Origin: a virus
Strand: one strand, 5' to 3'
Length of the DNA: 39,912 nucleotides
Virus record (IMG/VR): IMGVR_UViG_3300045988_081371
Span: 1 to 39,912 of that record
Shown here: one piece after another, positions 9,001 to 18,304 of the stretch
Layout of the letters: each line of letters starts with the position of its first letter
Numbering within the stretch: position 1 is the first letter of the stretch
Translations under genes and position numbers: made by a program
The notes under the pieces: model-generated
Databases searched by the model: none
The model's input: only the letters and a program-made list of their open reading frames with translations
What the model was told of the DNA's origin: nothing

Positions 9001-11804
9001 GCTGTCAGCGCAACAAGGATATCAGAAGCAGCCTGATAATCCTTTGCGGCAATCGCATCGGCATACAGGGTTGTGCCTCTTGCTACCAGCTTTGCACCGG
9101 CTTTCCCCGCGTTTGCATCTCGTACAAATTCGCTGCGAATCTGTTCAATCGTCTTTCCTCTATCATATTGATTTACAATCTGCTGCGCGCCATCCTCCAG
9201 TGCCTGCTTATTGCTATAGACCTCGTGGCTTAATTTCCCATCTGTTACAAGCTGCTCGATTTTGCCGACCATCTCATCGGTCGTAATTTTTGCTTCCGCT
9301 GCGGTTCTTGCAAATTTGCTGACCTTGGTTTCACCATCCATGCTAACCGGCACGTCCACAACGCGAGCAGGATTTTCACCCGGCTCAATTGTTCCATACT
9401 GGTTTGCTGCATTTGTGTATGGATCGAATCCGTAAGCCGCAGCGCCAACGCTGGATTCTGCGTCCGGCCGCTCCGTGTTGCGTGAAATAGGGATATCATC
9501 AAGACCGTCAATCGCAGACTCTCTCTTATAATGACCAGATGCTCCCGGAATGTTGGATTTTGCCGCTATATACGCTTCATTTGGAGGAATAAAATAGCTT
9601 CCGAATTCGTTCCAGTTTGTCATTGAGCGATATCCATTTGTAAGCATATCATCAAGCAGCATTTCCACTCGATTTGCATCTGCGTAGTTTTCTGATCCCT
9701 CGTCTCGAATAATATCTTCCGCAGCTTTTGCAAGCCTGTCCCATGAAATTCCAAAATTATCTTTCAGGAAAGCAATTCCGTCTGTCGTTTCACGTTTTGT
9801 TCCAGTCCAGTGATAATATCCCCCATTATCCCCAAACTCGACAGGCGTTGCAAACCGTTCTCCTCTTGTTGAGTTTGAAATCTCATCAAGAAGATTTTCT
9901 GCCGCAAGCTTCATGTATTCGTGAATTTCCGGGTTATCATATTGGAACGAATGCTGTCCGCGCTTCATCCGCATATCTATATCGCGATTGTCAATATGAT
10001 CTTCTGGATTTACCTTGTGAATTCCACCAGCAGAATCATATTTGTACTGCGTTTTTCCATCTTGGATGTCGCTTAAATATTCACTCAGTTGCGCAGCATC
10101 CTCTGGATTAAGGGAATTTCCATAGTTCAGCAGCTTTTGAAAAGATAGGCTGCCGTTGTTCTGGTCGATCAATGCCTCAATATCGCCCTTGACCTTTCCC
10201 TTTGAATCACTTATATTAGTGGTGCCGGCTTCCGCTGCATCTGACCTTACAGACCCATCTAATGGCGAACCTGTTGTTTGTTCAGATGCAGCGGGATTTT
10301 TATATTGTTCAAACGTCTGCTGCATCACTCTGTCAAGGTTGCTGTCCTGTGTCTGACTGACATTCTCCTGCGTCTGTCTCCCCGCCATCGTGTCCATCAT
10401 GGCGCGGTCAAGCGTAGTAGCGTTTTCATCATACGGCTGATACTCGGTCGTATGACCCAGCTCCATAATGCCGGTTGAAATTGCCGTTGTGATGGCTGTA
10501 TCTACCAGTTCTTCAATGCTAGGTGCTTTATACTCTTCTCCAAAAATAACAGTTCGGAACAGTGGTTCAAGGAAATTCTGCACTTCCTCCTCGTTGATCT
10601 CCGAACCGATATTGACTGCACCGGTCAGCGCCCAGCGGGTAAGCCCGTTTTCAATGCCGGATACCTTTTCCAGAAGCTTATCTGCTACACTTGCGCCGCC
10701 TCTCAGTTCCGAGATACCGCCGAGAACTTTCTCTAACGCTGCTTCCGATGCGCCAATTAACGTACCATATGTTCTGGATTGAAGCTCGGAATAGCCTTGC
10801 CGTTTCGCCTCACCGTAAGCATTGCCGCCGGAGCCGAGCGCCGTTGTCAGACCGCTCGCAACATTCGTGACTGCCGCTGGTGCGCCGAGTCCGCCGGACA
10901 GCACGGAAACTGCGATGGACGGCAGCCTATTGCCGATATTTGTACCAGCTTGGAACAGGTATTTTTTTGCGCCCTCAAGATTGCTCCCGATCTGCTGACT
11001 TGTGATTGCCGTCGGGCTCGGGTCGTAGGCTTTGCCGTTTACAAACTGTGCAATGCCTTTCGACGCCTGATCCATTCCGCCGAAGATACTCTGCGCGCCA
11101 TACCGGAGCGCCTTTCCGACACCGCTCGGCATATTCTCGATTTCTTCCGCTTCCCGAAAACCGATTCTGGCATTAATCTGGTTGTTCAGCGACTGCATGT
11201 ACCGGTTCGCCGCGTCCTGCCCGTCCTTTGCCAGCCGGTAGAAATACACCCGCCGCTCATCGTTCGTCATCGCATCAAAGCGAATCTGATCGACGGAATT
11301 TGTTTCCGCTGCCTCTGTAGACTGGCCGCTTTCGCGGAACTGCTTCTGCTTCTTGATCTGCTGTCGTTCGTACAGCTGACGGCCTGCCTCTGCATAGTCG
11401 TTGAAGTCGCTTTTTTGCGTAACAGACCCCGCATTATCAAACGTGTTCTTTGCGCTGCGCTTTTGAAGCTGTCCATTCATAAGCAGCGGAGCAGCCGTTT
11501 CCGCCTGCTTCTGCGCGCGGCGCTGCGCCTGTGCCTGATTGCGCTGCTCACGGACAGCGCCGGAATTTTCCAGTGTATTGCGCGCGCTTTGCTTCTGCAA
11601 AGTCGTTGTCGGCAATACCTCATTTGAAATTTTTGTAACTTTTTCCTGAGTAGGAAGAGATTTTGCCGCCGTCGCTTTCTGCATTAGCGTGCTTCCGGCT
11701 TCTTGGTTTTTCCGCCGAATTTCCGCTTTCTGCGCCTGCGTCAAGACGCTGTTTCCGTTTTCTTTCTGTGTGTCGATAACCCAAACGCCATTTTTGTACG
11801 GCAT
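6072..11804 (-). CDS. Giant virion-associated protein (1910 aa): tape-measure-like or ejected multidomain (polyvalent-type) protein
   Basis: Uninterrupted ORF with SD AGGAGGAG. It has a Gly/Ala hydrophobic stretch (LSGGLGAPAAVTNVASGLTTALGSGGNAYGEA), an N-terminal duplicated LQK(Q/R)SA(R/K)NT motif and three C-terminal repeats of about 50 aa. No catalytic motif recognised. Confidence 0.6.
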   Translation of the reverse strand: MPYKNGVWVIDTQKENGNSVLTQAQKAEIRRKNQEAGSTLMQKATAAKSLPTQEKVTKISNEVLPTTTLQKQSARNTLENSGAVREQRNQAQAQRRAQKQAETAAPLLMNGQLQKRSAKNTFDNAGSVTQKSDFNDYAEAGRQLYERQQIKKQKQFRESGQSTEAAETNSVDQIRFDAMTNDERRVYFYRLAKDGQDAANRYMQSLNNQINARIGFREAEEIENMPSGVGKALRYGAQSIFGGMDQASKGIAQFVNGKAYDPSPTAITSQQIGSNLEGAKKYLFQAGTNIGNRLPSIAVSVLSGGLGAPAAVTNVASGLTTALGSGGNAYGEAKRQGYSELQSRTYGTLIGASEAALEKVLGGISELRGGASVADKLLEKVSGIENGLTRWALTGAVNIGSEINEEEVQNFLEPLFRTVIFGEEYKAPSIEELVDTAITTAISTGIMELGHTTEYQPYDENATTLDRAMMDTMAGRQTQENVSQTQDSNLDRVMQQTFEQYKNPAASEQTTGSPLDGSVRSDAAEAGTTNISDSKGKVKGDIEALIDQNNGSLSFQKLLNYGNSLNPEDAAQLSEYLSDIQDGKTQYKYDSAGGIHKVNPEDHIDNRDIDMRMKRGQHSFQYDNPEIHEYMKLAAENLLDEISNSTRGERFATPVEFGDNGGYYHWTGTKRETTDGIAFLKDNFGISWDRLAKAAEDIIRDEGSENYADANRVEMLLDDMLTNGYRSMTNWNEFGSYFIPPNEAYIAAKSNIPGASGHYKRESAIDGLDDIPISRNTERPDAESSVGAAAYGFDPYTNAANQYGTIEPGENPARVVDVPVSMDGETKVSKFARTAAEAKITTDEMVGKIEQLVTDGKLSHEVYSNKQALEDGAQQIVNQYDRGKTIEQIRSEFVRDANAGKAGAKLVARGTTLYADAIAAKDYQAASDILVALTAVETNAGQSVQAARLLKSMTPEGRIFTIQRMISNLEAQVNKNLKKPKELNVPDNLLDAYQNAETESAQKAALDNIYRNVAEQIPATLREGLQQWRYFSMLANPSTHLKNIMGNVSGAIAKIGKDNLKALGEMIVIGNNEGRTTAFLNPLRKADRSLLNAARADYDTAVDLYEDSVGKYSTSTGGVNDYRRYWKINDPQNALARGVDQFLAKAEKLNDLNSKALEAEDMWFSKPMYTVSLASYMKANHLTEITDEARTYAMSEAKKGTYNDLNTVSKWATRFGNNSKIGRFLSGVIYPFKKVPANVMVRTVEYSPLGYVKGLYDIVQMQRGNTDITVAQTIDDFAAATTGTILLGIGAAMAKQGILRATGVGDDEEKEQQKNAFGAKDFSILIGDTYVPIDSLTLTGTGLLTGAQIWESAQNARNGDEPISLNDIMDALSKITDPVFEQSMLSGLDSVISTIQNSRNDEKNGELAAKMGVQILGNYIGQYVPTLVGRIASSVDKNQRSTYIEPDGAWSPVQSAIQGVQRKVPGWREDMAITRGNWGVPVDGNGAGGIANSAFKAVTPVYPSRTKTDPVEEEIARLHSVNSDFSNFYTKPKKLISVDGENVKLTSGQYDKYTEIRGQTDYSIRKTMLNSDVYKSVPDSIKSKAMELSQQYANEIGKEAAGVGYSASDKWITDLAGKSDDEIAKEILGKAIDSVGGLTSGASDDMFSSAKYASLPADVSEKAKTYADQYEEALAKRELGYEIETEWVKEAEKLKSDKERADYFTLKAVSASGTKLADQTALESMRKSLANPTYTGVSKDIMNTANEIAEKYYEAIAEEKYGKEITTQWMNEAKNMTQRERADLFVEKAAESLMSGMDGGKYDKLNSLYDNKKVNEATVVASLPTETVDRWTEYGKSNGVTAGDVLDLLQFKNSDDAKTEMDENGKKIKGKSTQDKVIAFIDSKDLSDKEKDAWFCCIYSEKNSPWKWAR

Positions 11805-11827
11805 AATCTCCTCCTAATTTTCAGAAA

Positions 11828-13279
11828 TCAATACAGCGCATCTTTCCTCGCGCCCGATCCGCCGCTTCCAGAACTCTTCTTCGTTCCGCTGCTGGAACTA
11901 CTCCCGGAAGATTTGCTGCTGGAAGATTTACCAGAACCGCCAGATGAACCGCTGTTTTTGCTTGTCTTACCGGGTCTATTCACGCGGTTTCCGTGATTGA
12001 CAATAATCGTTCCGTCGTCCTGCATCGTCCACGTAGAGCCGTCAGAAACGGTCACAGAATCACCTGGGCGCATTCCAGATATAATTTCCTTTCCCTTTGC
12101 AGATCCAATGACATAATCTCTGGTCGCGTCGTTGTATTTCTCCAAATACGACTTAAGCTGACTATACGGAATACCAAGCTTCTTATAATTCGAAAGAATG
12201 TAGCTTCCGGCGTCTTGGCCATTTGCGCCGCTGCTATCCGTGATATAGTTGTACCAAGCATCTGACCCAAGCGCCGGAATTTCGCCGCTTGACGAGCCGC
12301 CAGAGCCGCCGCCGTAATATCCTCCATAATATCCGCCGGATGAACCCCCGGATGAGCCAGTGAGTCTGGATATTGCGCGATTGATTGCCACAATTCCCTC
12401 ATCTGTAATGCTGTTATCAAGCCGGACTGCCTCTTCATAGAGTGCTTTCGCAAGCTCCATGTCGTTATTGGCCTGTGCTTCCTGAATTGCGCTTTGATAT
12501 TTCTGCCCCAAAAGCTGACGCTGCCGCTCGATTTCAGCCCGCTTTTGCATTTCAACCTGATTCAGCGTATTCAGATTGCTTTGCAGCTGATTATTCATCG
12601 CAATCTGAGCCTGTCCCTGTGTACCGGAATTCAAGCCGTAGGCGTTCGCCGTCTCGTTCCAGTTCGCCCTTGACTTTGCCGCGTCTGCGGCCGTTCTTCT
12701 CTGCATCTCAGCATACTGAGCCGCAAGAGATTCCTTTTCCGCATCAAGGCCGGACAGGTTTTCGTTATAGCTGTTTTCCAGCCGCTCCTTTTGCGCCTTT
12801 AGGTTCGCTTCGTAGAGCTTTTTCAGCATTTCGGACTGGTCTGTAGCTGTTGAATACTGCCGCTTAAGCAGAATTTTCATCTGTTCAAGCGCGTCCTCCT
12901 GCGTATTCCCAGACCCTGTTGTGCCATTGGCCGCCGTGCCATTGGCAGCTGTACCATTTGCCGGTGTCACTGAACCTGCAGGCGTTTGCGCATTTCCGCT
13001 TGGCGTGGTCGTACCGCCAGCCTGAGATTGATCCTGCGTTGCCGGAGCGGTTGTAGTTGTCTGGTTCGCAGCCGGCGTTGTTGTTTCCTGCTGTGTCGTA
13101 CCAGCGGCAGGCACCGTCGCTGCTGTATCAGTTGTCGTTCCTCCAGCAGACATTGTAGAAACAGGGGGGACAACCGGCTGCGTCGTATAAATCGGTTCAG
13201 TGCGCTTTTTAACCGCTTCGTCGTATAAATCAGAAAGCATTTTTCTTCCGGATGCAACCGGCTGATTCAAATTTGCCAT
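11828..13279 (-). CDS. Low-complexity structural protein (483 aa): T/A/G/S-rich ends, Q-rich coiled middle
   Basis: SD AAAGGAGGG. It contains a TTTPAANQTTTTAP tract, an SSGGSSGGYYGGYYGGGSGG tract and an S/G/K-rich tail. Position is between the head and the giant protein. Confidence 0.6.
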   Translation of the reverse strand: MANLNQPVASGRKMLSDLYDEAVKKRTEPIYTTQPVVPPVSTMSAGGTTTDTAATVPAAGTTQQETTTPAANQTTTTAPATQDQSQAGGTTTPSGNAQTPAGSVTPANGTAANGTAANGTTGSGNTQEDALEQMKILLKRQYSTATDQSEMLKKLYEANLKAQKERLENSYNENLSGLDAEKESLAAQYAEMQRRTAADAAKSRANWNETANAYGLNSGTQGQAQIAMNNQLQSNLNTLNQVEMQKRAEIERQRQLLGQKYQSAIQEAQANNDMELAKALYEEAVRLDNSITDEGIVAINRAISRLTGSSGGSSGGYYGGYYGGGSGGSSSGEIPALGSDAWYNYITDSSGANGQDAGSYILSNYKKLGIPYSQLKSYLEKYNDATRDYVIGSAKGKEIISGMRPGDSVTVSDGSTWTMQDDGTIIVNHGNRVNRPGKTSKNSGSSGGSGKSSSSKSSGSSSSSGTKKSSGSGGSGARKDALY

Positions 13280-13291
13280 GTGTTCCCTCCT

Positions 13292-13819
13292 TTATTGCTT
13301 GATATACCAGTAAAGGCCATACGGGCCATTTTCGGGGTACATTTCCGAATTTTCAGATTCTACAAGCTCGATATAGTCTCCTGGAATTGCCATATCCCGC
13401 GCCGTCGCTTCCGTAATCGGGCCGATTGCCTCTTTTTTGATCTTATAGATTCGCATCGTAGTGCTTCCTGCGCCCGTGGATTCAGAATATTCCGTTGTAA
13501 TATTCTTGCTCGTGCCGTAATAGTACTGATAAGTATTTCCGGAGGCTGTCTGCCGAATAAGGCTTTTCTTTAGTGCAGTAACAGACGCAGCGCTATTGTA
13601 CGGAACAACAACTGTCTGTTCTCCCGTTATTGTCGGATTTCCTGTATTTGGAAAGTCAAAACCTGTATAGTAAACAACTTCGGGACTTGGAGGAGTATTG
13701 TATGAACTTCCAATTTGAAGATTAGTTGTATTCCCGGAATACGCAATACTGTATTTCTTCCAGACTGTTGAAACCGGCTTTTTCTTTCCGTTTCCGCCTC
13801 TTCGCATAAATACAGCCAT
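13292..13819 (-). CDS. Hypothetical structural protein (175 aa)
   Basis: TAATG overlap with the upstream gene. Beta-rich composition. No motif recognised. Confidence 0.6.
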   Translation of the reverse strand: MAVFMRRGGNGKKKPVSTVWKKYSIAYSGNTTNLQIGSSYNTPPSPEVVYYTGFDFPNTGNPTITGEQTVVVPYNSAASVTALKKSLIRQTASGNTYQYYYGTSKNITTEYSESTGAGSTTMRIYKIKKEAIGPITEATARDMAIPGDYIELVESENSEMYPENGPYGLYWYIKQ

Positions 13820-14541
13820 TACAGCACCCCCACATTGATTGGAATGTTCACCGTCGGCGCCTCATCGGCATAGAATTTCAGTGTGCCGTTGCCTTGTGTT
13901 ACCGGGTAAATACCCGCTCCGGCGTTCCATGCATCCAAAATCGTATCTCTGGCCGAAGCATTTGTCGGAAGCTGAACATCAATAATGACAACCGCTGTAT
14001 CCTCTCTCACTCCGTTGACCAGCAGCGTTTGCGTATACAGTCCAGCAGTCACATCCTGTGTCCAGTTTGTCGCAAGCAACGTATACAAATTAGCTGTTGC
14101 CTTGTTTTGCTTTTTTGCAATTTCTTCGTTCAGAGTTCCTATAATGGTTGCAAGCTGCGTTGAAAGCGTGTCTACAGATTCCGCAATTTCGGTATCTTTC
14201 TTCGCCAACTCCGCGAGCGTTGCTCTCACATCATCGGCCAGCTTCACAAGTGTAACACTACCGTTTGGAATTGCGCCTAGCACAAGACCTCGCAGTTGGC
14301 TGTACAGTGCCATAATCGCCGCCTGCACGGTATCTGCTTTGATTCCATCGGTCGATGCAAAAGGCGTATTCGCAGCAGTAATTGCCGGAAGCAGCGTTTC
14401 ATTCAGATATTCAGCGATTGTTTCGCCCGCTTCATCAAACTTGGCTTTCAATTCATCGGCGCTTAAACCGCCGACATCGTTTGGGTAATCATCCAGCTTC
14501 TGAATAATTTTCAGGTCGCTTGTAATTTTAGGAAGCGCCAT
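13819..14541 (-). CDS. Fibre/appendage-like structural protein (240 aa)
   Basis: The N-terminus KLDDYPNDVGGLSADELKAKFDEAGETIAEYLN resembles N-termini of Firmicutes phage fibre proteins (from memory). The ATG directly follows the portal stop. Confidence 0.5.
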   Translation of the reverse strand: MALPKITSDLKIIQKLDDYPNDVGGLSADELKAKFDEAGETIAEYLNETLLPAITAANTPFASTDGIKADTVQAAIMALYSQLRGLVLGAIPNGSVTLVKLADDVRATLAELAKKDTEIAESVDTLSTQLATIIGTLNEEIAKKQNKATANLYTLLATNWTQDVTAGLYTQTLLVNGVREDTAVVIIDVQLPTNASARDTILDAWNAGAGIYPVTQGNGTLKFYADEAPTVNIPINVGVL

Positions 14542-16224
14542 TTATACCACTCCTGTCTCGTTTAATGCTCTTTGAAGCTCTCCGTAGCCGCTGCCGCCCG
14601 CGACGGGAATTTCCGATGTCATATCAAGAATCTGGCTATTTGTTCCGCCAGAATCCACGGGCTGGCTCTGCATACCCTTTAGCTTTTCAATCAGTTCCTG
14701 CCGTTTTGAGACATATCCCTCCGGGATGCGTTCCAGATAGTCCACAATGTCCAATTTCCCATTCATCAGCAGATTATCAAGCGTCTGAACCGTCATAATC
14801 TCAGACCAATAGGCCGATGCACCCACATCCAGCTTTAAGCTCATCGGAACATCATTCAGAACGGAAAAATCGAACGGCGTATTTACATCGGAGTCTTGCA
14901 GTTTCATTCCAAGCGGTTGCTGTGCAAGCTGGTCTTTTGTCAGCAGTTTCACCTGTACATAACGGGTTCCGTAGTAAGCCCGCATCATGTCAAGATAAAT
15001 CCTGCCTAGATCCTCGATGCACTCATACATATTAAGCTTCACAAGCTCTAGCGGCGCATTTGAAGCCCGCTGCAAGGCAACAATTGCAGATGTGTTATCC
15101 GGCCTAGTGTCGCCCAACGCCGCGTCAGACGCGCCCATAAAGTTCTGTGTATAGTTCACAGCCAGATCAATAAACTGTGCAACCTGTGGTGAAATTGTGG
15201 CTGGATCCATGATCTTAGCCACCGTGTTCATATCGCCGCCGTTTATCCCGATTGCAGCGCCCACGCGGCTGTCCCAGCGTTTAATTCTTGTCTGATCGTA
15301 AATAATTTTGGGATACGCTGTTGTCATGAGCGAAATCATCGACATTGCAAACAGCTTATTCACAAAAATCTGGTTTGGAAGCAACTGTGAAATAAGTGCC
15401 TGCCCATGATAACAGTCTTGAACATAATCCCAGTTCATCCATGTAATAGGGTACAGCTTTAACAGCGTGTCCTTTTTCTTTTCGACAATAACGTTTCTGG
15501 TACACTTCATGCTCCAAATCGTTCCGGTTTCATCGTCCTTGTAGAAATACAAAAGAAGCGTAACCCGATCATCGGAAAGCTGATCCATTTTGGCGTTATA
15601 TTCCGTTTCGTCCGGCTGGATTGCCTCAATGTCACTCTTTGAAATGCCGTTTCGTTTTGCAAGCTTCTTGACATATTCAAGCTGCTTGCGCATCGGAATA
15701 ATAATCCATGGCTGGTCTTGGACGTGCTTATCATTCGGATTTCCAAAAATAACCCGGCTGTTTTCAATGATTTCTGTTACAATGCCACCTTTTGCATCCT
15801 GCCCGGTCTCCATGTCCGGGTCAAACCAAGAATATGTAGCACCATCTCCGTCTACGGCGGCATTCCGCATAAACTCGCGCGTTTTTGTTACAATTTTGTT
15901 TCTTTCGAACAATTCAGCGAACTGCTTATTGATCACATCACAAAATTGCTCCAAATCTCCAAGACTATTTTTGCCTGTAGAACTAAGCGGCGTTGCCTGC
16001 ATGGAAATATTGTCGGAAGAAATTGTCGCAATCTGAAACAGCGTGACACGTTTTAAGAAATTGAACACCGGCGTTGGAAGCCCATTTGCTTCCACGCCCT
16101 CCCACTGTTTACCGATAAAGAAATTTTCGTTTTTCTCTACGGTATCATATAGGCCGATTTGCGTATTAAACTGTACTCCATTGTCATAGAGTTTATAAAC
16201 GTTTTGAGGCGTTAGTTCTTTCAT
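14542..16224 (-). CDS. Portal protein (560 aa)
   Basis: Size, acidic composition and the motifs NENFFIGKQWEGV and GASDAALGDTRPDNTSAIVALQRASNAPLE are typical of portal wing/stem regions. Lies in the head module. Confidence 0.7.
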   Translation of the reverse strand: MKELTPQNVYKLYDNGVQFNTQIGLYDTVEKNENFFIGKQWEGVEANGLPTPVFNFLKRVTLFQIATISSDNISMQATPLSSTGKNSLGDLEQFCDVINKQFAELFERNKIVTKTREFMRNAAVDGDGATYSWFDPDMETGQDAKGGIVTEIIENSRVIFGNPNDKHVQDQPWIIIPMRKQLEYVKKLAKRNGISKSDIEAIQPDETEYNAKMDQLSDDRVTLLLYFYKDDETGTIWSMKCTRNVIVEKKKDTLLKLYPITWMNWDYVQDCYHGQALISQLLPNQIFVNKLFAMSMISLMTTAYPKIIYDQTRIKRWDSRVGAAIGINGGDMNTVAKIMDPATISPQVAQFIDLAVNYTQNFMGASDAALGDTRPDNTSAIVALQRASNAPLELVKLNMYECIEDLGRIYLDMMRAYYGTRYVQVKLLTKDQLAQQPLGMKLQDSDVNTPFDFSVLNDVPMSLKLDVGASAYWSEIMTVQTLDNLLMNGKLDIVDYLERIPEGYVSKRQELIEKLKGMQSQPVDSGGTNSQILDMTSEIPVAGGSGYGELQRALNETGVV

Positions 16225-16466
16225 CTACCGGCCTCCTTTTGCTTTGTGCCGTCATAATTCAGCAGATTCGCAAGCCCTGCGCTAAACTGCTGTTCAGTCG
16301 TTTTTGCCTGTTCGTCCACTGTAGCTGGCTTTGTTTGTACATCGTCGCTTGTTTCTTCCTTTGGCCGATCTTCCCTTTTTGATATCAGGAAAAACAGAAC
16401 CATAACATTGCAAGACGCAATAAGAAGAATTGCTGTAACAAGGCACATCATCAAAATTGTTTCCAT
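16221..16466 (-). CDS. Small membrane-anchored protein (81 aa)
   Basis: N-terminal hydrophobic MMCLVTAILLIASCNVMVLFFLI followed by an acidic tail. ATGA overlap with the portal start. Confidence 0.55.
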   Translation of the reverse strand: METILMMCLVTAILLIASCNVMVLFFLISKREDRPKEETSDDVQTKPATVDEQAKTTEQQFSAGLANLLNYDGTKQKEAGR

Positions 16467-16474
16467 GTTTCCCC

Positions 16475-18250
16475 CTATTTCACGTATCCGGTGTATCGAA
16501 CTCGGATATCTGCACCCAGAACCGTTGTGTCGTTCGCAACGCTGCTTGCTTTTACAATCAGTTTATAGTACACGAACTTCTTGATTTTCATCTTAATCTT
16601 TGTCATTAGAGGCTCGCGGCTCGTGCGGAACGTAAAGCTTCCGAAGCTCACATTCACAAAGCCAGTAACGTTTGAATAAATCGTTTTTGCAGCATATCCG
16701 GATTTCCGATCTGACCTTGCCGAAATTTCCACTCTTGCATTCTGTGCCGGTTTTACCGATACCCAGACAACAGAGCTATGTTTTTTCTGATAGTCAGCCC
16801 CGAAATCCATGCTTCCACTATAAAATTCAGCGTCAATGGCTTCTCCATCGTCGCTGTGAACCTCTTCCGAGAAAAGTGCAACCTTACCGTTTGATAGGCC
16901 AAAGTAGATGTCATTTCCATCTCTTGCCGCTGCAACAACCGGTAAATTGTCATATTTGTACCACGTATCTGTGATATACCCATTCACAAGGGCAGTTCCG
17001 GCATTATCATTCAAGAAAATGTAGTACTCTTGCTTGCTATCATCGTCAAAAGTAAACACTTTTCCGATGTCAACATCTTGCATTGAGTCTTGCACTCGTT
17101 CAGAAATAAACTTCGCGTTTCGCTCGTCTCTAACCGTTGCAGACGATGTTCTCCATTCATACACATTTCCTGCATGAATCGTTCTAGGATAGTTATATAC
17201 AAGTTGAACCTGGCCAAGGGCTTCATTGCCAATTTCTCTGTTCAGCGGATTTGTATAAAAACCAGCTGTTACTGTTCCATCCTCAAGTGTGACCGAAGAA
17301 TAACCTGTAGACCATGTGCCATCCGGCTTAAAAGACAAAAGCCGGTCATACTGCTTGACCATTCCTGTAATCGGCGTGTTGCTATTTCCAATCTGGATTT
17401 CATACAGATCCGGGAAATAATCAGCCGACGGCGTTCCAGCTTCTGTTACGCCGCAGTAGATTGTCTTTGCGCTTCCATCTCCGTATAAAAATACGCGCGT
17501 GTCTGTATAACCATTAAAGCTTTCACAGTATCGCATAGACTCGACCTGAGAACGGAGCAAATTTGTTACTGTGTATGTAATTTCAACGTTGTTGTTTCCA
17601 CTCTGCGGAGCTTTGGAAAACGTTACTGTTCCAGCAGAAAGCGAAACGCTATACTCAGCACTTCCGCCGCCGACTGTAACCCGGTCAATGCTTAAAAGAT
17701 TCTGCTCCGGCAAATGATATTCCGTCGATGTTCCATCTGCCGAAAACTGTACTCGTCTCTTTCCGGTCAGCCGGTTTACATTTTCAAGTATTGTTCCGCC
17801 TCCACCGGGCGCTGCTGCTGTCAAAATGCAAGGCACATACCCCTCAACAACATCAACAAAGCCGACCCCATCCCAAAACAGGTATTCATGACCGTTTAGG
17901 ATATAAACTTTATTATCAAAACCAAAAAAGGTTGTTTGATCGTCCCAAATATCGCCGATTCTTCTCGGCTCTTCCGTCAAATCCCATACGCCGCCATCTG
18001 CTGCGCACAAGATATGCTTTTTGCCTGCTACATATCCGCACCAAAGGCCGCGAACCGCTCCGGAAAATGCTTTTTTTGTCCGAATCCCCGGCCTCACCTT
18101 TAAATGGTACTGCGGCGTTATACGAAAGTTCTTCAAATCTGAAGCTTCGCCGTATTTCAGCTGTGTGTCGCCGTCTCTGCTTTCATTCAGTCCAAGGAAT
18201 TTCTGAATTTGGAAGATTTTAGTTGTATCTTTTGCTGAAATTGTTGCCAT
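16475..18250 (-). CDS. Large beta-rich virion structural protein (591 aa), possible tail knob/nozzle
   Basis: Start moved to MATISAKD behind AAGGAGGA. Lies between capsid and portal genes. Repetitive beta-strand-like segments. Function is inferred from position only. Confidence 0.5.
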   Translation of the reverse strand: MATISAKDTTKIFQIQKFLGLNESRDGDTQLKYGEASDLKNFRITPQYHLKVRPGIRTKKAFSGAVRGLWCGYVAGKKHILCAADGGVWDLTEEPRRIGDIWDDQTTFFGFDNKVYILNGHEYLFWDGVGFVDVVEGYVPCILTAAAPGGGGTILENVNRLTGKRRVQFSADGTSTEYHLPEQNLLSIDRVTVGGGSAEYSVSLSAGTVTFSKAPQSGNNNVEITYTVTNLLRSQVESMRYCESFNGYTDTRVFLYGDGSAKTIYCGVTEAGTPSADYFPDLYEIQIGNSNTPITGMVKQYDRLLSFKPDGTWSTGYSSVTLEDGTVTAGFYTNPLNREIGNEALGQVQLVYNYPRTIHAGNVYEWRTSSATVRDERNAKFISERVQDSMQDVDIGKVFTFDDDSKQEYYIFLNDNAGTALVNGYITDTWYKYDNLPVVAAARDGNDIYFGLSNGKVALFSEEVHSDDGEAIDAEFYSGSMDFGADYQKKHSSVVWVSVKPAQNARVEISARSDRKSGYAAKTIYSNVTGFVNVSFGSFTFRTSREPLMTKIKMKIKKFVYYKLIVKASSVANDTTVLGADIRVRYTGYVK

Positions 18251-18304
18251 TGATATCCTCCTTGGATGAAAACTAAGGGGCACATTGCTGTGCCCCTATT
18301 TGTT

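Noticed and set aside
7248-11627. Multiple plus-strand ORFs (for example 7248-7799 and 10779-11627) antisense to the 1910-aa gene. Similar antisense ORFs lie over the lysin (1082-1729), fibres (4759-5469), portal (15590-16036), RuvC region (26084-27130) and others.
   Set aside because: They are fully embedded antisense in long, well-supported minus-strand genes. They lack SD sequences and have skewed compositions (Arg/Cys/Leu/Ser-rich) typical of shadow ORFs.
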